Assembly (NCBI RefSeq): GCF_018350175.1
Contig: NC_058368.1
Span: 87,360,001-87,424,000 of the forward strand
DNA length: 64,000 nucleotides
Direction: 5' to 3'
DNA from: Felis catus
Taxonomy: Eukaryota
The notes under the pieces were generated by a model, which was given only the letters and a program-made list of their open reading frames with translations, was not told the origin of the DNA and did not search any database. Shown here one piece after another: positions 25,630 to 39,466 of the stretch (positions are counted from its first letter, which is position 1; the number at the start of each line of letters is the position of its first letter). The position numbers and the translations under genes are program-made.

Positions 25630-27480
25630 GAACATTCACACCAACTACAGCAGAATACACATTCTTTTCACATGTACACAGAGCATTTTCTAAAATAGAT
25701 CATATGTTAGGCCACAAAACAAGTCTTAGCAAATTCAAAAAGACTGAAATAATGCCAAGTATCTTTTTTGACCACAATGGTATGAAAGTACAAATCAATA
25801 ACAGGAGAACAACTGAAAATCCAAGAATACAAGGAAATCAAATAACACTCTCCTGAACAGCCAACAGGTTTAAAAAATTTGCTGGAGAAATTTAAAAAAA
25901 AAAAAGAAGAAAGAAAAACAAAACAAGAAAAACAAAAATGGAAACACAACATACCAAAACTTACAAAATATGGCAAAATCTGTTCTATTCCAAAAGTTTT
26001 TAGCTATAAATGAATATATCAAGAAAATTGAGTGATCCTAAAAAAATCTAACTTCACATATCAAGGAACTAGAATAAGAACAAACTGAATCCAAAGTTGC
26101 CAAGAGGTGGGGCACCTGGGTGGCTCAGTTGGTTAGGCGACAGACTTCGGCTCAGGTCATGATCTCACAGTTTGTGAGTTCAAGTCCTGCGTTGGGCTCT
26201 GTGCTGACAGCTCAGAGTCTGGAGCCTGCTTCAGATTCTGTGTGCCTTCCCCTCTCTCCACCCCTCCTCTGCTCATGCTCTGTGTCTCAATAATAAATAA
26301 ATGTTAAAAAAAATTAAAAAAAAATAAACTTCAAAGTTAGCAAGAGGAATAAAATAAAAAGATTAGAGAGAAATAAAAAAAAATAGAAAACAGGAAAACA
26401 ATAAAAAAAGATGAACAAAACAAGAGTTGGTTCTTTGAAAAGATAAACAAAATTGATAAATCTTTAGCTAGACAAACCAAGAAAAAATGAGAGAACCCAA
26501 ATCAACAGCATTATAATTGAAAGAGGAGACATTACAACTGACACCACAGAAATATAAAGGAGCATTAGAGGCTACTATGAAAAACTATACCCAATAAACT
26601 GGACAACTTAGAAGAAATGGAAAAATTCTTGAAACATCCAACTTACCAAAACTGAACCAAGAAGAAATAGAAAATCTGAACAGATCAGCTACTACTAAGG
26701 AGATTGAAATAGTAATCAAAAAATTCCCAACAAAAAAAGGCTTAGGACCAGATAGCTGCATTGATGAATTTTGTCATCATTTAAAGAATTAGCAACAATC
26801 CTTCTCAAACTTTCCCAATCAGAGAAACTCAATTTTGATGCTAGTATTACCCTGATACCAAACTACATAGGATACTACAAGAAAACCACAAGCCAATATT
26901 CTCCATGAATTTAGATGCAAAAACTCTCAACAAAATAATAGTAAACTGAATTCAGCAGCACATGTAAAGTATTATTCACCAAGTCAGGTGGAATTTATCC
27001 CTGGGATGACAGGATGGTTTCACATATGCAAATCAATAAATGTGATAAATTAGAGCAATAAAATGAGAGACAATTTGATTTTCTCAATAGAAGAAAAAAC
27101 ATTTAACAAAATTCAACATCCATTCAAGATTAAAAAACTTTTGCCAAATTAGGCATATAAGAAATGTATCACAACATAATAAAGGCTATATATAACAAGC
27201 CCATAGCTAACATCATAGTCAATGGTGAAAAATTGAAACCCTTTCCACTGTGATCAGGGACAAGAAAAGAGTGCCCACTCTTTGCATTCTTATTCACCTA
27301 ATACTCAAAATCCTAGTCAGAACAAGCAGGCATCAGAATTAGAAAGGAAAAGATAGATTTTACTCTATTTACATATGATGTGATTTTATATATATATATA
27401 TAAAACAAAAGATTCAACCAAAAAAAAATTAGACCTAATCAAAGTTGCAGGGTAGAAAATGTACATACAGAAAAAATAAC
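25630..27480 (+). mobile_element. Older LINE-1 ORF2 fragment (EN to RT), interrupted by a SINE
   Basis: AEYTFFSHVHRAFSKIDHMLGHKTSL peptide; many stops and frameshifts. Confidence 0.85.
26109..26328 (+). mobile_element. Can-SINE inserted in L1
   Basis: TSD-like caaagttgccaagagg and caaagttagcaagagg. Confidence 0.9.
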
Positions 27481-27485
27481 CCAAA

Positions 27486-30400
27486 GGACCGGGAAGATGG
27501 CGGTGTAGGAGGATGCTGGGCTCACCACATCCTGCTGATCACTGAGATTCCACCCACATCTGCCGAATTTACCCAGAAAATGACTAGAAGACTAGCAGAA
27601 CAGACTCTCTGGAGCCAAGCTTAGATGGGAGGCCCACGGAAGAGGGGCCCCTCCGGAAGCAGACCACCAAAGGCAAAACGAGCTGAGGCTGCCCCTCCCA
27701 CCACTGTGCCCCTTGCAGATCCACCCCAGATAATAGGCCAGATCCCAGCTAAGCAGCACCACAAGACTGGCAGTGTGCAAGTAGCCCAGACAGAGGCCTC
27801 ACCACCCCACAGTGAGTCTTGCCCTTGGGAGAGGGGAAGATAAGGTACACACCAGTCTGACAGTGACCCTAGCGGTGAGCTGGGGGCAGACATCAGGTCA
27901 GACTATGGCCCCGCCCACCAACCAACACAAGTTACTCCAGACTGCATGGGGGAAGAGCCCTGCAATTCCCCGCCACTCCAGGGACTATCCAAAATGACAA
28001 AACAGAAGACTACTCCTCAAAAGAAATTCCAGGAACTAGCGACAGCTAACGAACTGATCAAAAACGATTTAAGCAATGTAACAGATGATGAATTTAAAAT
28101 AATAGTCATAAAATTAATCCCTGGGCTTGAAAAAAGCATAGAGGACAGCAGAGAATCTATTACTACAGAGATCAAGAGACTAAGAAACAGTCAGGAGGAG
28201 CTAAAAAATGCTATTAATGAACTGCAAAATAAAACAGAGGCGAACACAGCTCAGATTGAAGAGGCAGAGGAGAGAATAGGTGAATTAGAAGATAAAACTA
28301 TGGAAAAAGAAGAAGCTGAGAAAAAAAGAGATAAAAAAATCCAGGAGTATGAGGGGAGACTTAGAGAACTAAGTGACATAATTAAAAGAAATAATATATG
28401 CATAATTGGGATTCCAGAGGAGGAAAAGACAGGGAAAGGTGTTGATGGTGTACTTGAAGAAATCATAGCTGAGAACTTCCCTGATCTGGGGAAGGAAAAA
28501 GGCATTGAAATCAAGAGGCACAGAAAACTCCCTTCAGACGTAACTTGAATCGATCTTCTGCACGACATATCAGAGTGAAACTGGCAAAATACAAGGATAA
28601 AGAAAGAATTCTGAAAGCAGCTAGGGATAAACATGCTCTAACATATAAAGGGAGACTGATATCACTCGTGACGGATCTGTCTACTGAAATGTGGCAGGCC
28701 AGAAAGGAATGGTAGGAAATCTTCAATGTGATGAACAGAAAAATATATGCAGCCAAGAATCCTTTATCCAGCAAGGCTGTCATTCAGAATATAAGGATAG
28801 ATAAAGGTCTTCCCAAACAAACAAAAACTGAAGGAATTCATCACCACTAAATCAGCCTTACAAGAGATCCTAAGGGGGATCCTGTGAGACAAAGTACCAG
28901 AGACATCACTGCAAGCATGAAACCTGCAGACATCACAATGACTCTAAACCCATATCTTTCAATAATAACACTGAATGTAAATGGACTAAATGTGCCAACC
29001 AAAGACATAGGGTATCAGAATACATAAAAAAAAAAAAGACCCATCTATTTGCTGTCTACAAGAGACTCATTTTAGACCTGAGGACACCTTCAAATTCAAA
29101 GTGTAGGGATGGAGATCTATCATGCTACTAAACATCAAAAGAAAGCTGGAGTGGCTATACTTATATCAGACAAACTAGACTTTAAATTAAAGGCTGTAAC
29201 AAGAGATGAAGAAGGGCATTATAGAATAATCACAGGGTCTATTCATCAGGAAGAGCTAACAATTATAAATGTCTATATGCCGAATACAGGAGCCCCCAAA
29301 TATATAAAACAATTACTCATAAACATAAGCAACCTTACTGATAAGAATGTGGTCATTGCAGGCTATTTTGCTACTTCAATTACAACATTGAATAGACCAT
29401 CTAGACAGAGGATCAATTAAGAAACAAAGGCCCTGAATGATACACTGAATCAGAAGGACATGTTAGATATATTTAGAACTCTGCATCCCAAAGCAACAGA
29501 ATATACTTTCTTCTCGAGTGCACATGGGACATTCTCCAGGATAGATCACATACTGAGTCACAAAACAGCCCTTCATAAGCATACAAGAATTGAGATCATA
29601 CCATGCATACTTTCAGACCACAATGCTATGAAGCTTGAAATCAACCACAGGAAAAAGTCTGGAAAACCTCCAAAAGCATGGAGGTTGAAGAACACCCTAC
29701 AAAAGAATGAGGGCGTCAACCAGGCAATTAGAGAAGAAGTTAAGAAATATATGCAAACAAATGAAAATGAAAATACAACAATCCAAACGCTTTGGGATGC
29801 AGAGAAGGCAGTCCTGAGAGGAAACTACATTGCAATCCAGGCCTATCTCCAGAAACAAGAAAAATCCCAAATACAAAACCTAACAGCATACCTAAAGGAA
29901 ATAGAAGCAGGACAACAAAGACACCCCAAACCCAGCAGAAGAAGAGAAATAATAAAGATTAGACCAGAAACAATGTAGAATAAAAAAAAACTGTAGAGCA
30001 GATCAATGAAACCAAGAGTTGGTTTTTTGAAAAAATAAACAAATTTGATAAACTTCTAGCCAGGCTTCTCAGAAAAAAAAGGGAGATGACCCAAATAGAT
30101 AAAATCATGAATGAAAATGGAATTATTACAACCAATCCCTCAGAAATACAAGCAATTATCAAGGAATACTATGAAAAATTATATGCCAACAAACTGGACA
30201 ACCTGGAAGAAATGGACAAATTCCTAAACACCCACACACTTCCAAAACTCAAACAGGAAGAAATAGAAACTTGAACAGACCCATAACCAGCAAAGAAATG
30301 GAATCAGTTATCAAAACTTTCCCAACAAATAAGAGTCTGGGACCAGATGGCTTCCCAGGGGAGTTCTACCAGACATTTATAGCAGAGAGAATACCTACCC

Positions 30401-32965
30401 TTCTCAAGCTATTCCAAAAAAATAGAAAGGGAAGGAAAGCTTCCAGACTCATTCTATGAAGCCAGCATTACTTTGATTCCTAAACCAGACAGAGACCCAG
30501 TAACAAAAGAGAACTACAGGCCAATATCCCTGATGAAGATGGATGCAAAAATTCTCAATAAGATACTAGCAAATAGAATTCAACAGCATATAAAAGGAAT
30601 TATTCACCATGATCAAGTAGGATTCATTCCTGGGATGCAGGGCTGCCTTAACATTTGCAAATCAATCATTGTGATACATCACATTAATAACAGAAAAGAT
30701 AATAACCATATGATCCTGTCAATCAATGCAGAAAAAGCATTTGACAAAATTCAGCATCCTTTCTTAGTAAAAACTCTCGAGAAAGTTGGGATAAAAGGAA
30801 AATACTTAAACATCATAAAAGCCATTTATGAAAAGCCCACAGCTAATATGATCCTCCATGGGGAAAAACTGAGAGGTTTCTCCCTGAGATCAGGAACATT
30901 ACAGAGGTGTTCACTCTCACCGCTGTTGTTTAACATAGTATTGGAAGTTCTAGAATAAGTAGACAACAGAATAAAATCAAAGGCATCAAAATTGGCAAAG
31001 ATGAAGTCAAGCTTTCACTTTTTGCAGATGATATGATAGTATACATGGAAAACCTGATAGACTCCACGAAAAGTCTGCTAGAACTGATACAGGAATTCAG
31101 CAAAGTCGCAGGATACAAAATCAATGTACAGAAATCAGTTGCATTCTTATACACTAATAATGAAGCAAGAGAAAGACAAATAAAGAAAGTGATCCCATTC
31201 ACAATTGCACCAAGAAGCATAAAATACCTAGGAATAAGCCTAACCAAAGATGTAAAAGATCTGTATGCTGAAAACTATAGGAAGCTTAGGAAGGAAATTG
31301 AAGAAGATACAAAGAAAAGGAAAAACATTCCGTGCTCATGGATTGGAAGAATAAATATTGTCAAGATGTCAATACTACCCAAATCTATCTACACATTCAA
31401 TGCAATCGCAATCAAAATTGCACCAGCATTCTAATCGAAGCTAGAACAAGCAATCCTAAAATTCATATGGAACCACAAAAGGCCCCGAATAGCCAAAGGA
31501 ATTTTGAAGAAGAAGACCAAAGCAGGAGGCATCACAATCCCAGACTTTAGCCTCTACTACAAAGCTGTCATCATCAAGACAGCATGGTATTGGCACAAAA
31601 ACAGACACATAGACCAATGGAATAGAATAGAAACCCCAGAACTAGGCCCACACAAGTATGGCCAACTAATCTTTGACAAAGCAGGAAAGAATATACAATG
31701 GAAAAAAGACAGTCTATTTAACAAATGGTGCTGGGAGAAGTGGACAGCAACATGCAGAAGAATGAAACTAGACCACTTTCTTACACCATTCACACAAACA
31801 AACTCAAAATGGATGAAAGACCTGAATGTGACACATGAAACCATCAAAACCCTAGAGGAAAAAGCAGGAAAAAACCTCTCTGACCTCAGCCGCAGCAATT
31901 TCTTACTTGACACATCCCCAAAGGCAAGGGAATTAAAAGCAAAAATGAACTATTGGGACATCATGAAGGTAAAAACCTTCTGCACTGCAAAGGAAACAAC
32001 CAACAAACTAAAATGTGGAATGGGAAAAGATGTTTGCAAATGACATATCGGACAAAGTGTCAGAATCCAAAATCTATAAAGAACTCACCAAACTCCACAC
32101 CCGAAAAACAAATAATCCAGTGAAGAAATGGGCAGAAGACATGAATACGCATTTCTCTAAAGAAGACATCTGGATGGCCAACAGGCACATGAAAAGATGC
32201 TCAACGTCACTCCTCATCAAGGAAATACAAATCAAAAGCACACTCAGATACCACTTCACGCAAGTCAGAGTGGTTAAAATGAACAAATCAGGAGACTATA
32301 GATGCTGGCGAGGATGTGGAGAAAGGGGAACCCTCTTGCACTGTTGGTGAGAATGCAAACTGGTGCAGCCAGTCTGGAAATCAGTGTTGAGTTTCCTCAA
32401 AAAATTAAAAATAGGTCTACCCTATGACCCAGCAGTAGCACTGATAGGAATTTACCCAAGCAATACAGAAGTACTGATGCATAGGGGCACTTGTACCCCA
32501 ATGTTTATAGCAGCACTCTCAACAATAGCTAAATTATGGAAAAAGCCTAAATGTCCATCAACTGACGAATGGATAAAGAAATTGTGATTTATATACACAA
32601 TGGAATACTACATGGCAATGAGATAGAATGAAGTATAGCCTTTTGTAGCAACATGGGTGGAACTGGAGAGTGTTATGCTAAGTGATATGAGTCATACAGA
32701 GAAGGACAGATTCTATGTTTTCACTCCTATGTGGATCCTGAGAAATTTAACAGAAGACCATGGGGGAGGGGAAGGAAAAAATTGTTAGAGAGGAAGGGAG
32801 CCAAAACATAAGAGACTCTTAAAAACTGAGAACAAACTGAAGGTTTATGGGGAGTGGGAGGGAGGGGTGGGTGGGTGATGGGTATTGAGGAGGGCACCTT
32901 TTGGGATGAGCACTGGGTGTTGTATGGAAACCAATTTGACAGTAAATTTCATAATAAAAAAAAAG
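27486..32965 (+). mobile_element. Near full-length felid-type LINE-1 (short 5'UTR, ORF1 from 27994, ORF2 from 28938), inactivated
   Basis: 5' end gggaagatggcggtgtaggaggatgctgggctcacc; coiled-coil ORF1; EN/RT/C-terminal peptides split over many ORFs; polyA tail. Confidence 0.95.
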
Positions 32966-32999
32966 AAACTAAAAACAAAACAAAACAAAAGCCAAACAA

Positions 33000-33620
33000 C
33001 AATAAAACAATAGAGCAGATCAATGAAACCAGGAGCTGTTTCTTTGAAAACATTATTAAAGCTGATAAACCTATAGCCATACCTACCTAAAAAAAAGAAA
33101 AGAAAGAGAAAATACCCCAATAAATAAAATCACAAATGCAAGAGGAGAAATAGCAACAACACCACTGGAATAGAAACAATCAAAAGAGAATATTATGAAA
33201 AACTATATGCCAACAAATTGGACAACCTGGAAGAAATGTTTAAATTCCTACAAAAATATAAATTACCAAAGTTGAAACAAGAAGAAATAGAAAACTTGAA
33301 CAGACCCATAACCAGCAAAGAAAATCTATCAGTTGCCAAAAATCCCCCAACAAACGAAAGTCCTGAGTCAAGTGGCATCATAGAGGAATTCTACCAAACA
33401 CTTAAAGAGTTGATACCTATTCTTGACAAACTATTCCAAAAAATAGAAAAGGAAGATGTAACTCATTCTATAAGGCCAGCATTACCCTGATACCAACATC
33501 AGACAAAGACTCACTAAAAAAGGCAATTATAGGTCAATATCCTTGATGAACATGGATGCAAAAATTCTCAGTCAAATACTAGCAAACAGTATATAACAGT
33601 ATATTTAAAAAAATCATTTC
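33000..33620 (+). mobile_element. LINE-1 ORF2 internal fragment
   Basis: [35 protein letters not shown] peptide. Confidence 0.85.
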
Positions 33621-35293
33621 AGGGAGTAGTTAAGTAGGGAGACTGTGATTCTCTTCCCTCAAACACAGCTATATTGAGGTCTGATTACTTAGAACACCCA
33701 GGAAATCAATCTGCAAAGGGGCAGAAGGATCTCTACAGTTGGTGGGAGACAGCATGGCAGGTGCAAGGATGTGATTTAGGGGAGAGAAAAATGGCAGTGC
33801 CACAGAGAGGATGGAAACTTTTCCATGGAGAGATGGAAGAAGAAAAAGAGAAAGGGTGGAGAAAGTGCAGTATCGAGTTAGCACAAGAGGAAAACTTCTC
33901 TGGACCACAGACTGGGGATCAAAAAGTATTGAGTTCTCCAGTTCTTTTTTGAAAATAGCATTTGGAGCTCAAATCCTGAGGTTTTGGAAGTCCATGACTT
34001 TTTCTGGAATGGAGCTGAGGCTCGTGCTCCTGGGGTGGAAGAAGCTGGCCCCAGAGTGCATAGTATGGTGTAGAGAACTCTGGGATGAACTGGGAGAGAA
34101 AAGTCCTCTCCCTTGACTACTTTTGGAAAAGAGTTTATTGCCTCCACAAGGACAAAAGACCCTTCAGATTCCAGCCAAAGGCCTTTCATCAGCAGGATGG
34201 AGAGGCTCTAATCTCCATCCTGGAGAGGAAAGGAGTGGATCCGTGCTGTGTCAGGTCCTTTAAGACTTTAGGTTTTGAATCCCAGCTGCACACCCAAGAA
34301 TAAAAGCAAGAGAGCTTTGGCACAGGGAAAGCTGACTTCCCTTGCTCTTCTATGATGGCTCTCTAGACAGTGGGGGCTGAGATCCCCACTCCAAGGTCAA
34401 GAGATTGGGGTGGTGCCACTTTCCCCCCAACACCAAAATAGTGGGGCTTCAGAGAGCAACACATGGACCGCCAATGGAAGCAGGACCTGCTTACACCAAC
34501 CCTGCCCCTCTGTGCCTGGAAACTGCTTATTTACTGGGCAGGACTGATTCTGAGCCAACATGGCCAGCCTCTCCTCCAGACCAGCATGGCTGGCCACTAT
34601 CCCCCACCCCCCAGGAACCAACAGACAACTTTTTGTTCTTTTTTCCTCCCTGTTCTCTTTTTCTTTTAGAATCAGGCTCATAGTTCCTTTTTTCCCCATT
34701 TCCTTTTTTTTTTCTTTTTTTTTTGATCAGGCTTTTTTATTCTTTTCTTTTTTATTCTGTTTTCTTTTCTCCTGCTTTTTTCTATTTTTTTTCATTTCTC
34801 TTCCTTTGAAATCAGTCTTTTCGTTGTTTGATTCTCTGTTGGGTTTCTTTTGTTTCTTTTCCTTTTCTCTATTTTTGGAATAAGCCTTTCCCCCTTGCTT
34901 TTTACCCCCAGGGTTATTTTAACGAACAAATCAAAGCACACTTAGGTAAAGGACTTAACACTTCACTACTGCAAGCAAGGAAGAGATCTTCAGAGGATCC
35001 ACCAGTGGGATAGACCAGCCAAAACACAATAGCAGAGTGCACACAGCATACACCAGAAACAATTCCTGGAGTTCCAAGCCCTGGACAGTGTATAACCCAT
35101 TTTTATACAGTAGTACTCTCAGGAGCAGGACATATAACATGCTTTTAAAACATGCAAAAAACAGAAATTTAGCCAAAATGACAAGACAGAGGAATTCTTC
35201 CCAAAGAAAGGTCAAGAAGAAGTCACATCCAGCTTGTATCTTGCTCAAAACAGATATAAGCAATATAGATGAACAAGATTTAGAACAGTCATA

Positions 35294-35510
35294 AGGGGAG
35301 CCTGGGTGGCTCTGTTGGTTAGGTGTCTGACTTCAGCTCAGGTCATGATCTCACAGTTTATGAGTTCAAGCCCACATCAAGCTCTGTGCTGACAGCTCAG
35401 AGCCTGGAACCTGCTTCAGATTCTGTTTCTCCCTCTTTCTCTGCCTCTCCCCTTCTCACACTCTGTCTCTTTCACTCTCTCTCAAAAATAAATAAAAATT
35501 AAAAAAAAAA
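35294..35510 (+). mobile_element. Can-SINE inserted in L1 ORF1
   Basis: TSD aacagtcataa. Confidence 0.92.
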
Positions 35511-37096
35511 CAGTCATAAGATTCATACCTGGGCATAGAAGACACCAGAGAAATCCTTGATACAGAAATCAAAGGCCTAAGAATTAGTCAGGGTGAATTT
35601 AAAAATGCTATAGCTGAGATGCAAAATAAACTAGATACAGTGACAGTGAGGATTGAAGAAGCAGAGGAGACAATAGGTGAAATAGAAGTTAAAATTAGGA
35701 AAAAATAATGAAGCTGGAAAAAAGAGGGAAAAGAAATTATTAGATCATGAGGGGAAAATTAGAGAACTAAGTGATTCTATGAAATGAAAAAATACCTGTA
35801 TCATAAGAGTCCCAGAAGAATGAGAAAAAGGGGCCAGAAGGTTTATTTGAACAAATAATAGCTGAGAACTTCCCTAATCTGGGGAAGAGAACAGGCATCC
35901 AAGTCCAAGAGGCACAGAGAACTTCCTTCAAAATCAACAAAAACAGGCCAACACCATGACATATCATAGTGAAACTTGCAAAATATAAGGATAAAGAGAG
36001 AATTCTAAAAGCAGGTAAGGATAATAAGTCCATAACCTACAAGGATAGACACATAAAGTTCGTAGCAGACCTGTCCACTGAAATTTGGCAGGCCAAAGAG
36101 GAGTGGCAGGAAATATTCAATGTGCTGACTGGAAATTATGCTGCCAAGAATACTTTATCCAGTAAAGCTGTCATTCAGAATATAAGGATAGATAGCAACT
36201 TTCTGAGACAAAAACTAAAGGAGCTCCTGACAACTAAACCAGACCTGCAGGAAATCCTAAGGGGGACTCTGAGAGATGAAAAGAAAAAAACCAAAGCAGC
36301 AAATACTTCAAAGGACCAGAGACCATCACCAGAAACACCACATCTACAGATAATGCAATGGCACTAAATTCATATCTTTCAGTAATCACTCTGAATGTAA
36401 ATATACTAAATTCTTCAATCAAAAGATATAGGTTATCAGAATGGGTTAAAAAAATATCCATCTTATACTGCCCACAAGAGACTCATTTTAGACCTATAGT
36501 CACCTGCAGATTCAAAGCGAGGGAATGGAGAACCATCTAGCATGCTAATGGAGGTCAAAAGAAAGGGATAGCAGCTACATTAATATCAGCCAAGCTACAT
36601 TTTAAAAGAAAGACTGTAATGAGAGATGAAGAAGGACATTATATCATAATTAAGGGGTCTATCCATTAAGAAGAGCTAACATTTGTCAATATTTATGCCC
36701 CCAATGTGAAAGGCAAATATATAAATCAATTAATCACATACATAATAATACCCCAATTACAACAATGGACAGATTATCTAAGCAGAAAATCAACAAGAAA
36801 ATGATGACTTTGAATGACACATTGGACTGGATGGACTTCACAGATATATTCAGAACATTTCATCCTAAGCAGCAGAAAACACATTCTTTTCGAGTAAACA
36901 TGGAACATTCTCCAGAATACATCATACACTGGGTCACAAATCAGCCCTCAACAGGTACAAAAAGATTGAGATCATAGCATGCATATTTTCAGATCACAAT
37001 GCTATGAAACTTGAAATCAACCCACAAGAAAAAGTGTTGGCAATACCTCAAATACATGGAGGAGGTTAAAGAACATCCTTAAAGAATGAATGGGTT

Positions 37097-37322
37097 GGGG
37101 CGCCTGGGTGGCACAGTGGGTTGAGCGTCCGACTTCAGCCAGGTCACGATCTCGTGGTCCGTGAGTTCGAGCCCCGCGTCAGGCTATGGGCTGATGGCTT
37201 CGAGCCTGGAGCCTGTTTCCGATTCTGTGTCTCCCTCTCTCTCTGCCCCTCCCCCGTTCATGCTCTGTCTCTCTCTGTCCCAAAAATAAATTTAAAAAAT
37301 AAATAAAAAACGTTGGAAAAAA
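37097..37322 (+). mobile_element. Young SINEC_Fc-type Can-SINE inserted in L1 ORF2
   Basis: Perfect TSD aaagaatgaatgggtt. Confidence 0.95.
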
Positions 37323-37621
37323 AAGAATGAATGGGTTAACCAGGAAATTAAAGAAGAAATTTAAAAAATACATGGAAGCAAGTGAAAATGAAACACAGTC
37401 CAAACACTTTGGGATGCAGCAAAGGCAAGTCCTAAGAGGAAAATACATTGCAATCTAGATATATCTCAAGAAACAAGAAAACTCCCAAATACACAACCTA
37501 AACTTACACCTAAAGTAGCTAGAAAAGGAGCAATAAATAAAGCCCAAAGCCAGCAGAAGGGAAATAATAAAGATCAGAACAGAAATAAACAATATAGAGA
37601 AACAAACACACAAACAAACAA

Positions 37622-37745
37622 AAAAACACAGTAGACTAGATCAATGGAACTAAAACCTGTTTTTTGTATTTGAAAGAATAAACAAAAACACAGTAGACTA
37701 GATCAATGGAACTAAAACCTGTTTTTTGTATTTGAAAGAATAAAC
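37622..37745 (+). repeat. Perfect 62-bp tandem duplication inside L1 ORF2
   Basis: aaaaacacagtagactagatcaatggaactaaaacctgttttttgtatttgaaagaataaac x2. Confidence 0.95.
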
Positions 37746-37834
37746 AAAACTGATAAACCCCTATCCAGACTTCTCAAAAAGAAAAGAGAGTGGACCCAAA
37801 TAGATAAAATCACGAATGAAAGAAGAGAGATTAT

Positions 37835-38047
37835 GGGGCGCTTAGGTAGCTCAGTCAGTGAAGCATCCAACTTCAGCTCAAGTCATGATCTCAGAGTTCG
37901 TGGGTTCGAGCGCCATGTCAGGCTCTGTGCTGACAGCTGGGAGTCTGGAGCCTGCTTCATATTCTGTGTCTCCCTCTCTCTCTGCCCTTCCCTCACTCAT
38001 GCTTTGTATCTCTCAAAGATAAATAAACATTTAAAAATAAAAAAAAA
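37835..38047 (+). mobile_element. Can-SINE inserted in L1 ORF2
   Basis: Head, (CT)n and polyA. Confidence 0.9.
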
Positions 38048-39144
38048 GAAAGAGAAGGGATCACAACCAACATCACAGAAAGACAATTATAAGAGAATAC
38101 TATAAAAAATTATATGCCAAAAAACTGGACAATTGGGAAGAAATGTACAAGTTCCTAGACATTCACACACTACAAAACTCAATCAGGAAACAGAAAATTT
38201 GAATAGACCCATAACCAGCAAAGAAATTGAATTAGGTATCAAAAATCTCCCAGTAAATAAAAATCCTGGGCCACATGGTTTCCCAGGGGAATTTTACCAG
38301 ACATTTAGAGTTAATACCTATTCCTCTCAAGATGTTCCAAAAAATAGAAATGGAAGAAAAGCTTTCAAACCCATTCTATTAAGCCAGAATTACCCTTATT
38401 CCAAAACCAAAGACCCCATTAAAAAGGAAAATTACAGGCCAATATCCCTAATGGACATGAATGCCAAAATTCTGAACAAGATAATAGCAAATCAAACTCA
38501 AGAGTACATTAAAAGAATTATTCATCATGATCAGGCAGGATTTATTCCTGGGCAGCAGTGATGGTTTAATATGCACAAATCAATCAATGTGATATACCAA
38601 ATAAATAAAAGAAAGGCTAAGAACCATATGATCTTTTCAATATATGCAGGAAAAGCATTTAACAAAGTGTAACATCCATTCATAATAAAATTACTTAACA
38701 AAATAGGTTTGGAAGGAACATACTGCAACATAGTAAAGGCTATATATGAAAAGCCCACAGCTAATATCATTCTCTATGGGGACACAGTGAGAACTTTTCC
38801 TCTACAGATGTGACAGAACAAGGATATCCACTCTCACCACTGTTATTTAATGTAGTACTGGAAATCCAGTACTATGCCAATTGTCTCAGCAATCAGACAA
38901 CACAAAGAAATAAAAGGTATCCAAACCAGCAAGGAAGAAGTAAAACTTTCACTATTTGCAGATAACATGATATTCTATAAGAAACCTGAAAGACTCCACC
39001 AAAAAGTTGCTATAACATATATAAATTCAAAAAAGTCACATGATACAAGATAAACGTACAGAATTTTTTTGAATTTCTATACACCAATAATGAATCAGCA
39101 GAAAAAGAAATTAAGCAATCGACCCACTTACAGTAGCACAAAAA

Positions 39145-39183
<39 letters not shown>

Positions 39184-39427
39184 GATACCTAGGAATAAAC
39201 CTAATCAAAGAGGTGAAAGACCTGTATTTTGAAAGTTATAAACACTGATGAAATAAATTGAAGAGGATGAAAGAAATGGAAAGACATTCCATGCTCATGG
39301 ATTGGAAGAGCAAATATAATTAAAATGTCTATACTACCCAAAGCAATTGACACATTTAACACAATCCCTATCAAAATACCACCATATTTTTTCACAGAGC
39401 CAAAACAATCCTGAAGTTTGTATGGAA

Positions 39428-39428
<1 letters not shown>

Positions 39429-39464
<36 letters not shown>
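39429..39464 (+). repeat. (CA)n microsatellite within L1
   Basis: Direct observation. Confidence 0.95.

Positions 39465-39466
<2 letters not shown>

Noticed and set aside
27946..32587. Cluster of ORFs with endonuclease and reverse-transcriptase similarity, suggesting a novel RT system or an active element
   Set aside because: Ordinary LINE-1 ORF1/ORF2 broken by multiple stops and frameshifts
34560..34883. Phe-rich hydrophobic ORF
   Set aside because: T-rich tract of an L1 5'UTR
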